This document shows, one piece after another, positions 11,594-21,875 of a stretch of 35,311 nt of DNA. A program made the translations under genes and the position numbers. The DNA is taken from NCBI RefSeq assembly GCF_001194135.2, contig NC_068990.1, positions 9,364,577 through 9,399,887 on the forward strand, given 5' to 3'. The notes under the pieces were generated by a model. The model saw only the letters and a list, made by a program, of their open reading frames with translations, was not told the DNA's origin and searched no databases. This stretch comes from Octopus bimaculoides (taxonomy: Eukaryota). Each line of letters starts with the position of its first letter. Position 1 is the first letter of the stretch.

Positions 11594-12306
11594 GCGCAGG
11601 CGTGGCTGTATGGTAAGTAGCTTGCTTACCAATCACATGGTTCTGGGTTCAGTCCCACTGCGTGGCAGCTTGGGCAAGTGTCTTCTATTATAGCCTCGGG
11701 CCGACGGAAGCCTTGTGAGTGGATTTGGTAGACGGAAACTGAAAGAAGCCCGTCGTATATANNNNNNNNNNNNNNNNNNNNNNNNNNNNNNNNNNNNNNN
11801 NNNNNNNNNNNNNNNNNNNNNNNNNNNNNNNNNNNNNNNNNNNNNNNNNNNNNNNNNNNNNNNNNNNNNNNNNNNNNNNNNNNNNNNNNNNNNNNNNNNN
11901 NNNNNNNNNNNNNNNNNNNNNNNNNNNNNNNNNNNNNATATATATATATATAGGGTTGAGAAAGTTGGTATGTGAAAGCACGTGGTTGGATGTATAAAAG
12001 ATAATAAGAGTGAAAAAACTACAGAAGGCTTGTGTTACATGGTTAAAGTATATATTTAAATTATGTCAGAAAAATGTTATATATGTATATGTGTGTATAT
12101 ATTTATTTATGTGTGTGTGTATGTGTTTGTCCCGCATCCTGCCTTCGCTTTACAACGGATGCTGGTGTGTTTATGTCTCCGTAACTTAGTGGTTAGGCAA
12201 AAGAGCCCGATATAATAAGTACTAGGCTTACAAAGAATAAGTCCTGGGGTCGATTTGTTTAACTAAAGTGGTGCAGTCAAATGACTGAAACATGTAAAAG
12301 AATGAA
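11594..12306 (+). mobile_element. tRNA-CORE-like SINE family C with internal microsatellite, interrupted by a gap and unrelated sequence
   Basis: Head GCGCAGGCGTGGCTGTATGGTAAG, B-box GGTTCAGTCCC (11646-11656), CORE-like CTTGGGCAAGTGTCTTCT, then ...AAGAAGCCCGTCG(TA)n and a gap. The 3' half GTTTGTCCC...ACAAAGAATAAGTCCTGGGGTCGATTTG lies at about 12123-12306. The halves could belong to two copies. It resembles the octopus CORE-type SINEs as I recall them. Confidence 0.8.
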
Positions 12307-12368
12307 ATAACAGAATATCTCCAAAAGAGTATGCACACCATGACAGATTAATTTTCTTTTCTTTTCAG

Positions 12369-12507
12369 ATTTAACCCGTTAGACATAATGATGAGGACCA
12401 AATTAAGCTTGGATCAAAGTGAGCTTGAAAACGCAGTGGAAGTGCAAAGTTGGTTTGGAGGGAGTTTCAAACTATCTGCTTACGTGACTTACCTACATTT
12501 GGATTAG
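12369..12507 (+). CDS. Candidate coding exon, product unknown
   Basis: Strong acceptor TTTTCTTTTCTTTTCAG ending at 12368. The only open frame reads FNPLDIMMRTKLSLDQSELENAVEVQSWFGGSFKLSAYVTYLHLD* (TAG 12505-12507), with AATAAA near 12604. No homology recognised. Confidence 0.2.
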
Positions 12508-12582
12508 AGATAAGTTCGAAGCAGGTGGAACTGTGTAGAATCTCTACAAGAAATGTTCTGGAAGCCCACGTGTAGGGATGAA
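12493..12582 (-). CDS. Candidate internal exon (phase 1-1, 90 nt), product unknown
   Basis: Minus strand: TATTAAC, a pyrimidine tract and AG, then one open frame HPYTWASRTFLVEILHSSTCFELISNPNV, then a consensus donor AG|GTAAGT. It overlaps the plus-strand candidate by 15 nt. Confidence 0.2.
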
Positions 12583-13609
12583 CTCCAGAAAGCAAGAAAG
12601 GTTAATAAAAACCTACATCAGTAGAATTATTTTGATGAGAATACATTAAATGTAACGTTTAAGGTACAAATCTGACATCAGTCAGTGAATTTATGCAGCC
12701 ATTGAACGGGAATGCGTACAAATATCAAACGAAATGGTTCTTGTATGCAGTTCTATTGCTTCATATAAACAGCGCCTGAACCAGAAACGGCCATCAGTGT
12801 GAAAACAGGCGTTCATAAAAAAGTAAAAAAGGCATAAGTAAATATATAAATTCTGTTTGTAGATTCTATTAAATATTGAAAATGAAATGTATTTTAACAG
12901 GCATTGATTTTTATAATCATTCGATGTGTGAATTCATTTTTTTCAACATCTGTATATGTATGTGTGTATGTATGTATTTAAAAATATAGACATATACATA
13001 TATATACAGACATATATATATATATTATACACACACATACATGCACACACATTTATGTATATATANNNNNNNNNNNNNNNNNNNNNNNNNNNNNNNNNNN
13101 NNNNNNNNNNNNNNNNNNNNNNNNNNNNNNNNNNNNNNNNNNNNNNNNNNNNNNNNNNNNNNNNNNNNNNNNNNNNNNNNNNNNNNNNNNNNNNNNNNNN
13201 NNNNNNNNNNNNNNNNNNNNNNNNNNNNNNNNNNNNNNNNNNNNNNNNNNNNNNNNNNNNNNNNNNNNNNNNNNNNNNNNNNNNNNNNNNNNNNNNNNNN
13301 NNNNNNNNNNNNNNNNNNNNNNNNNNNNNNNNNNNNNNNNNNNNNNNNNNNNNNNNNNNNNNNNNNNNNNNNNNNNNNNNNNNNNNNNNNNNNNNNNNNN
13401 NNNNNNNNNNNNNNNNNNNNNNNNNNNNNNNNNNNNNNTATTTCTTTCATTACTATATTTCTTTCAATGAAAAATGTTTTCAGAAAATAAACTTGTAATA
13501 TTTTCATGAGTAGTTATAAACTATTTATATTTCATGATCTACGGAGCGCTACATAGAATTATTCGTTAGGCAGAAGAAGCCAGTTATACTCCCAGGTCAA
13601 CAATTGAAC

Positions 13610-13643
<34 letters not shown>

Positions 13644-13826
13644 TCCCATGATGTTTCTATGAGGGTATGTTTAAATTGCAAGGCATGTGTACGCATTAGT
13701 AGTTGTGGTTCGGTGATTTTTGTTCTGTGTGCTCACATGTCTGTGTATATATGCTTGTTGTATATGTGCATTATGTACTTCGAAATGCGTACCTGTACTT
13801 CTTTCAAGGCTAGAAATGCTTCAAAA

Positions 13827-13828
<2 letters not shown>

Positions 13829-13877
<49 letters not shown>

Positions 13878-13912
13878 CCCTCTCTCTCTCTTTCTCTCTC
13901 TNNNNNNNNNNN

Positions 13913-13946
<34 letters not shown>

Positions 13947-13968
13947 TGTGTGTGTGTATGTGTGTGTG
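13829..13968. repeat. (CT)n then (TG)n microsatellite containing a small gap
   Basis: Directly visible. Confidence 0.95.
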
Positions 13969-14066
13969 TGTACATAAACACTTCTGCTAAATATTTATAA
14001 GAATGTACATATACTCATATTTTGAGTTCTATTTTTCCTGTTTGCATCACCTGAACAAAGCATTAT

Positions 14067-14124
14067 GAGTCGATTTTGTAGATGGAAACTGAGAGAAGCC
14101 TGTCGTATATATATTTATATATAT
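14067..14124 (+). mobile_element. SINE family C fragment (end of 5' half plus TA tract)
   Basis: GAGTCGATTTTGTAGATGGAAACTGAGAGAAGCCTGTCGTATATAT matches GAGTGGATTTGGTAGACGGAAACTGAAAGAAGCCCGTCGTATAT. A matching 3'-half fragment lies at about 14585-14625. Confidence 0.7.
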
Positions 14125-14232
14125 ACGAAATAATTGAGATTCGGTTGAATTAGGTACTTAAGTTGAAGAACCCAAACAGTCCGGTATTATCCGAAGTAAG
14201 ATCAATAAAATAAAAAAAAGCAACATGATATG

Positions 14233-14488
14233 AAGAGGTGATGCAGCACGACCGTTTCAAGCAACTCCATAGCTAAGAATATATTCTGAGCTTCAATAGC
14301 AACAACATCGATTTCTTCCATCTTCTTGTTCAGTTAAAGCATTCGAGTAAAATTATATTAATGTGCCCTACAGATTAAAATTCTATTTATTTGTGCAGCT
14401 GATGATAGCCCTGCATTTAAATTGATGTAATGATTGCATTGTTCAATTAAATGGAGCAGCTTGAAACGGTCGTATTGCATCACTTCTT
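14233..14488. mobile_element. MITE-like fold-back element with 38-bp inverted repeats
   Basis: 14233-14270 vs the reverse complement of 14451-14488: 33/38 identical. The right arm abuts a 10-N gap, so termini and TSD cannot be defined. Confidence 0.65.
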
Positions 14489-14503
14489 NNNNNNNNNNAT
14501 ATA

Positions 14504-14551
<48 letters not shown>

Positions 14552-14643
14552 GTGTATGTGTGTGTGTACTTATGCGTGTGTCTTTGTGTCTGTGTTTGTT
14601 CCCTCCGCCATCATTTGACAACCGATACATAATACATATATAG

Positions 14644-14682
<39 letters not shown>

Positions 14683-14699
14683 AGACACANNNNNNNNNN

Positions 14700-14740
<41 letters not shown>

Positions 14741-14778
14741 AGACACACACACGCACGCATACATATATATAATGTGAA

Positions 14779-15085
14779 GGCGCAATGGCCCAGTGGTTAG
14801 GGCAGCGGGCTCGTGGTTGGAGGATCGCGGTTTCGATTCCCAGATCGGGCGTTGCGTGTGTTTATTGAGCGGAAACACCTAAAGCTCCATGAGGCTCCGG
14901 CAGGGGGTGGGGGTGGCGACCCCTGTTGTACTCTTTCGCCCCTACTTTCTCTCACTCTTTCTTCCTGTTTCTTGAGTAACGCCGCGATGGACTGGCGTCC
15001 CGTCCAGCTGGGGGGAACATATACGCCATAGAAACCGGGAAACCGGGCCCATGAGCCTGGCTAGGCTTTGAAAGGGCGCATAAAT
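14779..15085 (+). mobile_element. tRNA-derived SINE family D, apparently young and intact
   Basis: A-box TGGCCCAGTGG (14786-14796), B-box GGTTTCGATTCC (14829-14840), CpG-rich body with GCGATGGACTGGCGTCCCGTCCAG and AGAAACCGGGAAACCGGG, ending in a (TA)-rich tail. Confidence 0.8.
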
Positions 15086-15194
15086 ATATATATATTTATA
15101 TTTACTACCAAGTCCTCCCACAAAGCTTTGGTCTGACCCACCAGACTATTAGATTTCGTTACACATCGCTGGCCACAATATGCTTTAGCCTTCG

Positions 15195-15275
15195 AATGAT
15201 GCTACTTCGCCTGCTCTGAGAATCGAACCCACGATCTAGCAGTTGTGAGTGCAACAACCTTACTGCTAGGCCACT
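15195..15275 (-). mobile_element. tRNA-like SINE head
   Basis: Minus strand AGTGGCCTAGCAGTAAGG...GGGTTCGATTCTC gives A and B boxes at tRNA spacing; no intact cloverleaf. Confidence 0.6.
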
Positions 15276-15412
15276 CACTTGCACTCACTCACTCACTAAT
15301 TTACTCACTCACTCACACACACACACACAAATTCATAGACACATTAAAGAGTCTTAGGGGGTCATATACTAAACGTCAACATTGATTAACAAATCCACAT
15401 GTCGCAAGTATT

Positions 15413-15442
15413 AGGATATCACAGGATATCACAGGATATCAC
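15413..15442. repeat. 10-bp tandem repeat AGGATATCAC x3
   Basis: Three exact copies. Confidence 0.95.
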
Positions 15443-16529
15443 TAATGGAAAGGAACAAAGTGTTGGAATAGCTAACTTAACACCAACTGTTTCAGCACTC
15501 AAAGAATATGAAAACAAGGTTTCAAGCAATCAAGCTATAGAATTTTAATATTGCTTGGTAACTCCTCTAAGAAAACTTATACTGCTTGTCAGAAAATTTA
15601 GTTAAAGGCGGAAGGCAATGACTCCAGATTGTTTCAGCTATTTTGTACCATGAAATATTCTCAAAACGATTGACTTGCATTGTGGGAGCCAGAAGGCGCA
15701 AAGCTACGCAATTAGAGAACTGTGTAAAGTCGGTTATATCAACTTTATTATTTGACTAAAGCACATACTTTATTGATTCATAGAAGGACAGAAGGCAAAG
15801 CTAACCACAGTGGGATGTGATCTCAAAAGATAAAGAGGCTTAATTAAATAAAACGTTTTATTTCACCATATAAACACAGAAATTAATATACATATCAGTA
15901 CACACTCAAACACAAATACATTTAAGAATAAAAGCCACATTTACTTACGTAGCTGTGCATATATGCATATGTGTGTGTGAGCGCGCTTGTTTAAGTGTAT
16001 TTATAAACTCGTTTTATGAAAGTTCGAAACCGAAATATAATAAAAGCAAAATTATGTTTGATAAAAGTGCGATCATATACAAATGTACTCAACAGCATGT
16101 ACATAGTAGCACGCCTACATGTCTCGTGCACACATACTGACACATATATTGGAGATGTGAAATGGAATTAGGTCGTTGGTCAATACAAATTAGGTCAGTT
16201 GCAAATTCCACTGTAGATAGTTATAAACAATTTTAATCTCTTTTCTGTTATAGGAAATATAAAGAGAATAATACAGTTGAATGTATATGACCTTATATAG
16301 AGACATAACACTAAAGTTGATTTATAGACTGTCAGTTTTCAGGGTTGCCACTGCATGAATTGAGGAAGTTAGGGAGGAAGAAAAAAAAAGTTGAGAGATA
16401 GTGAGTGTGGTTAGAAAATAGAACAAACCATTTGCAAATCGTTTTAGAAAGCTGTATGTCTATTATATGTTTCATTTACTTCTTTCGTCTAGAAATTTCT
16501 GGAAACACATAAAAAAAAATGAAACATTT

Positions 16530-16907
16530 ACACATGCATACGTATACACACACTCACTTTCCTTTCTTTCTCTCTTATCTCTCTTCCTTTCGTCTGTCTG
16601 CTTGCTGTCTCTCTCTCTCTCTCTCTCTGGGCCCTACGTGCGTGCCTGTATTTAGTGGCTCGATTCCAAAAGGTTGTTTGGCTGCCTCACATTACTAGAA
16701 AGCCTTTGATAGCGTATTTATTTAATCACGGTTTATGTGTTGTAAAACATTCAAACGCGTGCACATATACACACACTCTCTCTCCTTTCTTTTTCCTTTC
16801 CCTCTTTTCCCTTTGTCTGATTCTCTCTCTCTCTCTCTCTTTCTCTCTCCCAGGGACCTACGCGTAAGCCTGTATTTAATGACTTGATTCCACGAGGTTG
16901 TTTCTCT
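16530..16907 (+). repeat. Local diverged duplication, about 150-bp unit with about 230-bp period
   Basis: (CA)-(CT)n-GGGCCCTACGTGCGTGCCTGTATTTAGTGGCTCGATTCCAAAAGGTTGTTT (about 16530-16684) vs (CA)-(CT)n-GGGACCTACGCGTAAGCCTGTATTTAATGACTTGATTCCACGAGGTTGTTT (about 16757-16907). Confidence 0.8.
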
Positions 16908-17219
16908 GATTTTCAACTTATACAGACGATGCTTTATCATGCCTCATCCTGCCATCCAGTCTCAGGACTCTTGAACCTTACCGAACCACACCTCCTAATA
17001 TCCATTTCTTTCACTGACCTCAATTCACACGTTAACGTCTTCACAGAAAATCTTTTAGACACCGACCAATACAGTCATAGATATGTAAAAATAAATAAAT
17101 AATAAAAGGAATATTCACAACTTTAAAGTTGTTGCTATTACTGCTTCTGCGGCTGTCGTTATTGTTGTTGTTGCTGCTTTCCTTGCCCCAGTTGGCATTT
17201 AATGTTACTATTCAAGCTA

Positions 17220-17372
17220 AGTGGTCGTCCGAACATAACGTATGTTGATCGACACACCAGAGATACTGGATGCTTCCCCGAAGACCTCCCTCAACTAATG
17301 CAGGTCCAAGATGGATGGCGTGTGCGGTTAAAAAGGCTTAAGCAAGCTGGATGATGATGATGATGATGATGA
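17220..17372 (+). mobile_element. RTE-clade LINE 3' end, 5'-truncated, with (TGA)n tail
   Basis: Stop-free frame SGRPNITYVDRHTRDTGCFPEDLPQLMQVQDGWRVRLKRLKQAG* (TGA 17352-17354) matches the RTE/RTE-X C-terminal pattern GRPxxTYxDxLxxDTG...L...M.DR..WR. It is followed directly by a (TGA)n tail. Confidence 0.8.
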
Positions 17373-17554
17373 GTTAAATGGCAGAATGTATTCGGCTCAA
17401 ATTGACTTGAGTGAAGTTGGCCGTGCATGGCAAGCACAGAGGTACAATTCGCTTCTCGCTCTGAACGCGTTTGCACATCGAAACGGTGATCCATTAAAAC
17501 CAGCAATTTTGATTGGAGATCTAATCGATCAGGGATCGACCTTAGATGAAACGA

Positions 17555-17564
17555 CAGCAGCAGC

Positions 17565-17612
<48 letters not shown>
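17555..17612. repeat. (GCA)/(ACA)n trinucleotide repeat
   Basis: Directly visible. Confidence 0.95.
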
Positions 17613-17615
<3 letters not shown>

Positions 17616-17960
17616 TTTTGGAGGAAGTAAAATAAGCAAAAGCAAGCAACTGTTTTGCAACATATTGGCTTAAATTTGATGAATTCCTTGTTTCGAGGAT
17701 GAACTTTTAGTTGTGTGATCAACTAAAAATCTGACTTTTTAAAATAACGTATAAGTGTCTGAGTATTCCACAGACAGCTCTGCTCTTAATGTGATTCCTA
17801 ATTCCTAAATCCGAATAAGTGTGACACAATATATAGCAAGCTTGATATTTGATATGTTACAAGTACAGTTCACTCACCGAGCTTCCACGTAGTTTCTGTT
17901 AATCTAAATTCATTCAGAAGGCTTGGGCCAGCCTGAAGCTGCTCTTAATGTATTTATCTA

Positions 17961-18086
<126 letters not shown>

Positions 18087-18183
18087 ACAAACACACTGAT
18101 ATTACATAGATACACACGCACAGCACTCGCATTGTATTTCCTAGGATTTTATTTTTTACTAATGTAGAAGGAATGAAGTTTTA

Positions 18184-18410
18184 GGCTTTCAGCTAAGATC
18201 GAAGTGTATTACTAAATCCATGAATATTGAGATATTCATGCATTTCTATAAGATATACGACATAAAAGTACTTTTACAAATGACAAGGATGTTATCTGAA
18301 GTGGACTCAATAATATTATCTTTCATGATACACCATAACGCGATACGTATATCGCTTTCAGGCATAGCTGCAATATTGAAACCTGCCATTTTCAAACACA
18401 TTTATTCGCT
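18184..18410 (+). repeat. Dispersed repeat copy 1, direct repeat of 23857-24088
   Basis: AGCTAAGATCGAAGTGTATTACTAAATCCATGAATATTG...GACATAAAAGTACTTTTACAAATGACAAG...TTCAAACACATTTATT aligns over about 230 bp, roughly 80% by eye. Confidence 0.88.
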
Positions 18411-18982
18411 GTTTTGGTGGGTTAGATATGAAAAGACAGCAATTGGATATGCAGATTACCGAACTAAAATACACACACACACACACATACACACACATAC
18501 ACACACATACACACGCACACACACATATATGTATACACACACGCACACACACACGTATATATATGTATGTTTGTGTGTATATATATATNNNNNNNNNNNN
18601 NNNNNNNNNNNNNNNNNNNNNNNNNNNNNNNNNNNNNNNNNNNNNNNNNNNNNNNNNNNNNNNNNNNNNNNNNNNNNNNNNNNNNNNNNNNNNNNNNNNN
18701 NNNNNNNNNNNNNNNNNNNNNNNNNNNNNNNNNNNNNNNNNNNNNNNNNNNNNNNNNNNNNNNNNNNNNNNNNNNNNNNNNNNNNNNNNNNNNNNNNNNN
18801 NNNNNNNNNNNNNNNNNNNNNNNNNNNNNNNNNNNNNNNNNNNNNNNNNNNNNNNNNNNNNNNNNNNNNNNNNNNNNNNNNNNNNNNNNNNNNNNNNNNN
18901 NNNNNNNNNNNNNNNNNNNNNNNNNNNNNNNNNNNNNNNNNNNNNNNNNNNNNNNNNNNNNNNNNNNNNNNNNNNNNNNNNN

Positions 18983-19025
<43 letters not shown>

Positions 19026-19384
19026 TATATTATACATTACACACACTCACACATACATAAACACAGATATGTCCATATAAATACACACACCCATATATTT
19101 ATATAGATACATAGAAATATAGGAATAGACATATGAATATGTATGAATTTCCTGTAAGGATAAGTGCAAACATAAAATTTATAAATATCTATCATATTTA
19201 TGTATAATGTGTATGTATTATATATACGCATTATATGTATACATAATTACGTGTATATATATGTATGTATGTTTGCGTTCATGTATGCATGCATGTTTGT
19301 ATTTATGTATGAATGTATGTTTGCATGTATGTATGTAGTCTAATTAAAAGAGTTGTAATGTAGCTACAGCATCAAACATTGTGC

Positions 19385-19495
19385 TTGCATTTTGTTCCGT
19401 CTTTTTACATCTTCTGTTCAAATCCCTCCGAAGTCAATGTTGCGGTTCATCCCTCCAAAGGCAACGAAATAAAGCACCAAACAAGTACTCAATAT
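19385..19495 (+). mobile_element. SINE family A, decayed fragment
   Basis: GCATTTTGTTCCGTCTTTTTAC...GTTCAAATCCCTCCGAAGTCAATGTTGCGGTTCATCCC...GAAATAAAGCACC parallels the B-box and central domain. Confidence 0.45.
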
Positions 19496-19547
19496 TGCTG
19501 GTCTTTGTGTTTAAATCAGAATTAATTATTTTATTATTACTAGAACA

Positions 19548-19960
19548 GGCGTAGGAGTGGCTGTGTGGTAAGTAGCTTGCTTACCAACCACATGGTTCCG
19601 GGTTCAGTCCCACTGCGTGGCACCTTGGGCAAGTGTTTTCTACTATAGCCTCGGGACGATCAAAGCCTTGTGAGTGGATTTGGTAGACGGAAACTGAAAG
19701 AAGCCCGTCGTATATATGTATATATATATATGTATGTGTGTGTACATGTTTGTGTGTCGGTTTGCCCCCCCCCCCCAACATCACTTGATAACCGATGCTA
19801 GTGTGTTTACGTCACTGTAACTTAGTGGTTCGACAAAAGAGACCGATAGATTAAGTACTTGGCTTCCAAAGAATAAGTCCTGAGATCGATTTGCTCGACT
19901 AAAGGTGGTGCTCTAGCATGGCTACAGTCAAAGGACTAAAACAAGTAAAAGAGTAAAGAG
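19548..19960 (+). mobile_element. SINE family C, full length with internal (TA)/(TG) tract
   Basis: GGCGTAGGAGTGGCTGTGTGGTAAG, B-box GGTTCAGTCCC, CACCTTGGGCAAGTG, internal microsatellite at about 19710-19755, 3' half ending in ACAAGTAAAAGAGTAAAGAG. Confidence 0.88.
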
Positions 19961-20004
19961 AGTTTGTTTTAAGTAATCAGTTAGCAGAATCGAGAGACAA
20001 AATA

Positions 20005-20117
20005 TGCTTATTTTATCGACCTCAAAAGGTCGATCGATCTCAGCGGAATTTGAACTCAGACCATAAAGAAAGATGAAATGCCGCGAAGCATTTTTCCCTG
20101 GCATTTTTCACCGCCTC
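20005..20117 (-). mobile_element. SINE family A, 3'-truncated, with a deletion in the A-box region
   Basis: Minus strand AGGCGGTGAAAAATGCCAGGGAAAAATGCTTCGCGGCATTTC...GAGTTCAAATTCCGCTGAG...GAGGTCGATAAAATAAGC. Confidence 0.75.
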
Positions 20118-20134
20118 TAAGAATAGTGACTTGC

Positions 20135-20206
20135 TTTCCCTGCAAGAAATCGAACCCTAATCTTCCGCGTAACAGGCGGGTATACTTACCACTATACTAC
20201 CGTGTC
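20135..20206 (-). pseudogene. tRNA-Asp-derived pseudogene, anticodon position reads GTT
   Basis: Minus strand GACACGGTAGTATAGTGGTAAGTATACCCGCCT-GTT-ACGCGGAAGATTAGGGTTCGATTTCTTGCAGGGAAA (72 nt) is colinear with metazoan tRNA-Asp(GTC) TCCTCG.TAGTATAGTGGT.AGTATCCCCGCCT-GTC-ACGCGGGAGACCGGGGTTCGATT. The acceptor stem pairs at only 3 of 7 positions. Confidence 0.88.
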
Positions 20207-20591
20207 TTCTATTTCCCAAGGTTAGCATCTTAAGTTTAAGTTTTCTAATGTTTATGTTTTTTTTTTTAGTTTTGCTTATTTATTTGAAAATAATTTTGCG
20301 TCGTTTGTTTCTGTTATTAAGGTAACTACTACTGCCACTTTGACAAGAACCTCTTCCTCATACCAGTGGGGCGTCCATCTTGCAGCATATATCAATACAG
20401 TAAAAAGGTATTAATCAACAATATGCAAACAGTTAATCATGTCTGAAAAGAAACCTTTCTCTTCTATCTCTGCTATGAGGCAGACCCTTAAACAACTCGA
20501 AAGCCTTCTGTTAGAAAGACTCTAATTAAAAATGAACTTTTTTCATATGATAATTCGATTATACATTTGACATCCGTTCGCTCCAGCATTC

Positions 20592-20665
20592 AACAACAAC
20601 AGCATCAGAAGCAGCAGTCACAACAATAACAACAACAACAACAATAACAACAACAACAACAACAC

Positions 20666-20718
<53 letters not shown>
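20592..20718. repeat. (AAC)n then (AAT)n trinucleotide repeats
   Basis: Directly visible. Confidence 0.95.
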
Positions 20719-20719
<1 letters not shown>

Positions 20720-21185
20720 GCGATGTTTACAACAGTAATACAATTTCCGTAATCAGCAACTATGTTATCTTGATTAGATAGGTTTCCTTTTCATAAATTT
20801 AAATAAATATTGGTTAAATTAGATAAATAATAAGAGACAAAAAATAAAACTGAAACATTTAAATATCTAAAACATGTTTCAGTTGTGACGTCTTTCTTAA
20901 ATGATAAAATATTCATAAATAATGAATGATTAAGGTGGAGTTTCAGTTGATTCTATATTCTGATTTCTCTTTCAAACAAAATCATGTGATACGTCGAAGA
21001 CAGAATGGAAGGACAAAGTCAAAGAGAAGCACAAGAACAACAACAAACAAATAAACAAACAATTGACTAGTTTTATTGTTCTAGCTGAATGTGACTTGCA
21101 TCAAATATTAGCATTTATTGTAGGACGAGAAATATTACTTATAAGATTACCATTCCTCTCCTTCATCCTTCTGCTCCTCCATCTT

Positions 21186-21186
21186 C

Positions 21187-21238
<52 letters not shown>
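21186..21238. repeat. (CAT)n repeat
   Basis: Directly visible; gives the poly-I and poly-D ORFs. Confidence 0.95.
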
Positions 21239-21875
21239 AAGCACTGATGGTAATAATAACGATGATTATGGAGATGATGATAGTGAAGTAGTCATAGCTT
21301 CTTGCTCCCCATTCATAGCCAAACGGAAGTATAGAAACATACACAGCAGAATTAGAAAATAATATACACAGGAAACTAATCCAAGATTATGGAATGTGCA
21401 TAAGAAAAACAAAACATTTCGCAAATACGGAGCACAATATGTCTGTAGTGTGTATTTGTGTCGTGGAAAGACAAAGCATCATAGTACGAGATTTTCACAA
21501 AGAAGTAGATTAAAGTAAATCGTCCACTCATTATTGTTAAGCTGTTCGAGCTAAAAACAATAATACTGTTGATCAATCTATGTTGTACAATGAACGACAA
21601 TACCTTATTGCTGTGTGGTTAACAAGCTTGTCTCGGAAATGTGGAGGTTCATGTACGATAACACAGCAAAGCGTCACCCAGTTTAACATCACTGAGTAGT
21701 CCTTGTGATTCGTTAGCAGAGTTCACCCTATTGAATGCATTTAAGTGAATTCGCAAATCTAGGAGTAACTAGTTCTCGTCTTCTCACCAATCTCGATCAC
21801 GGTTACTGTTCATCTTCTTCTAGCTAAGTACATACACAAACACACACACGCACGCGCACACATACACATATCTAT

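Noticed and set aside
14499-14760. Head-to-head (TG)n/(CA)n fold-back and duplicated AGACACAGACACA either side of a 10-N gap
   Set aside because: Most likely scaffolding or overlap artefacts at placeholder gaps.
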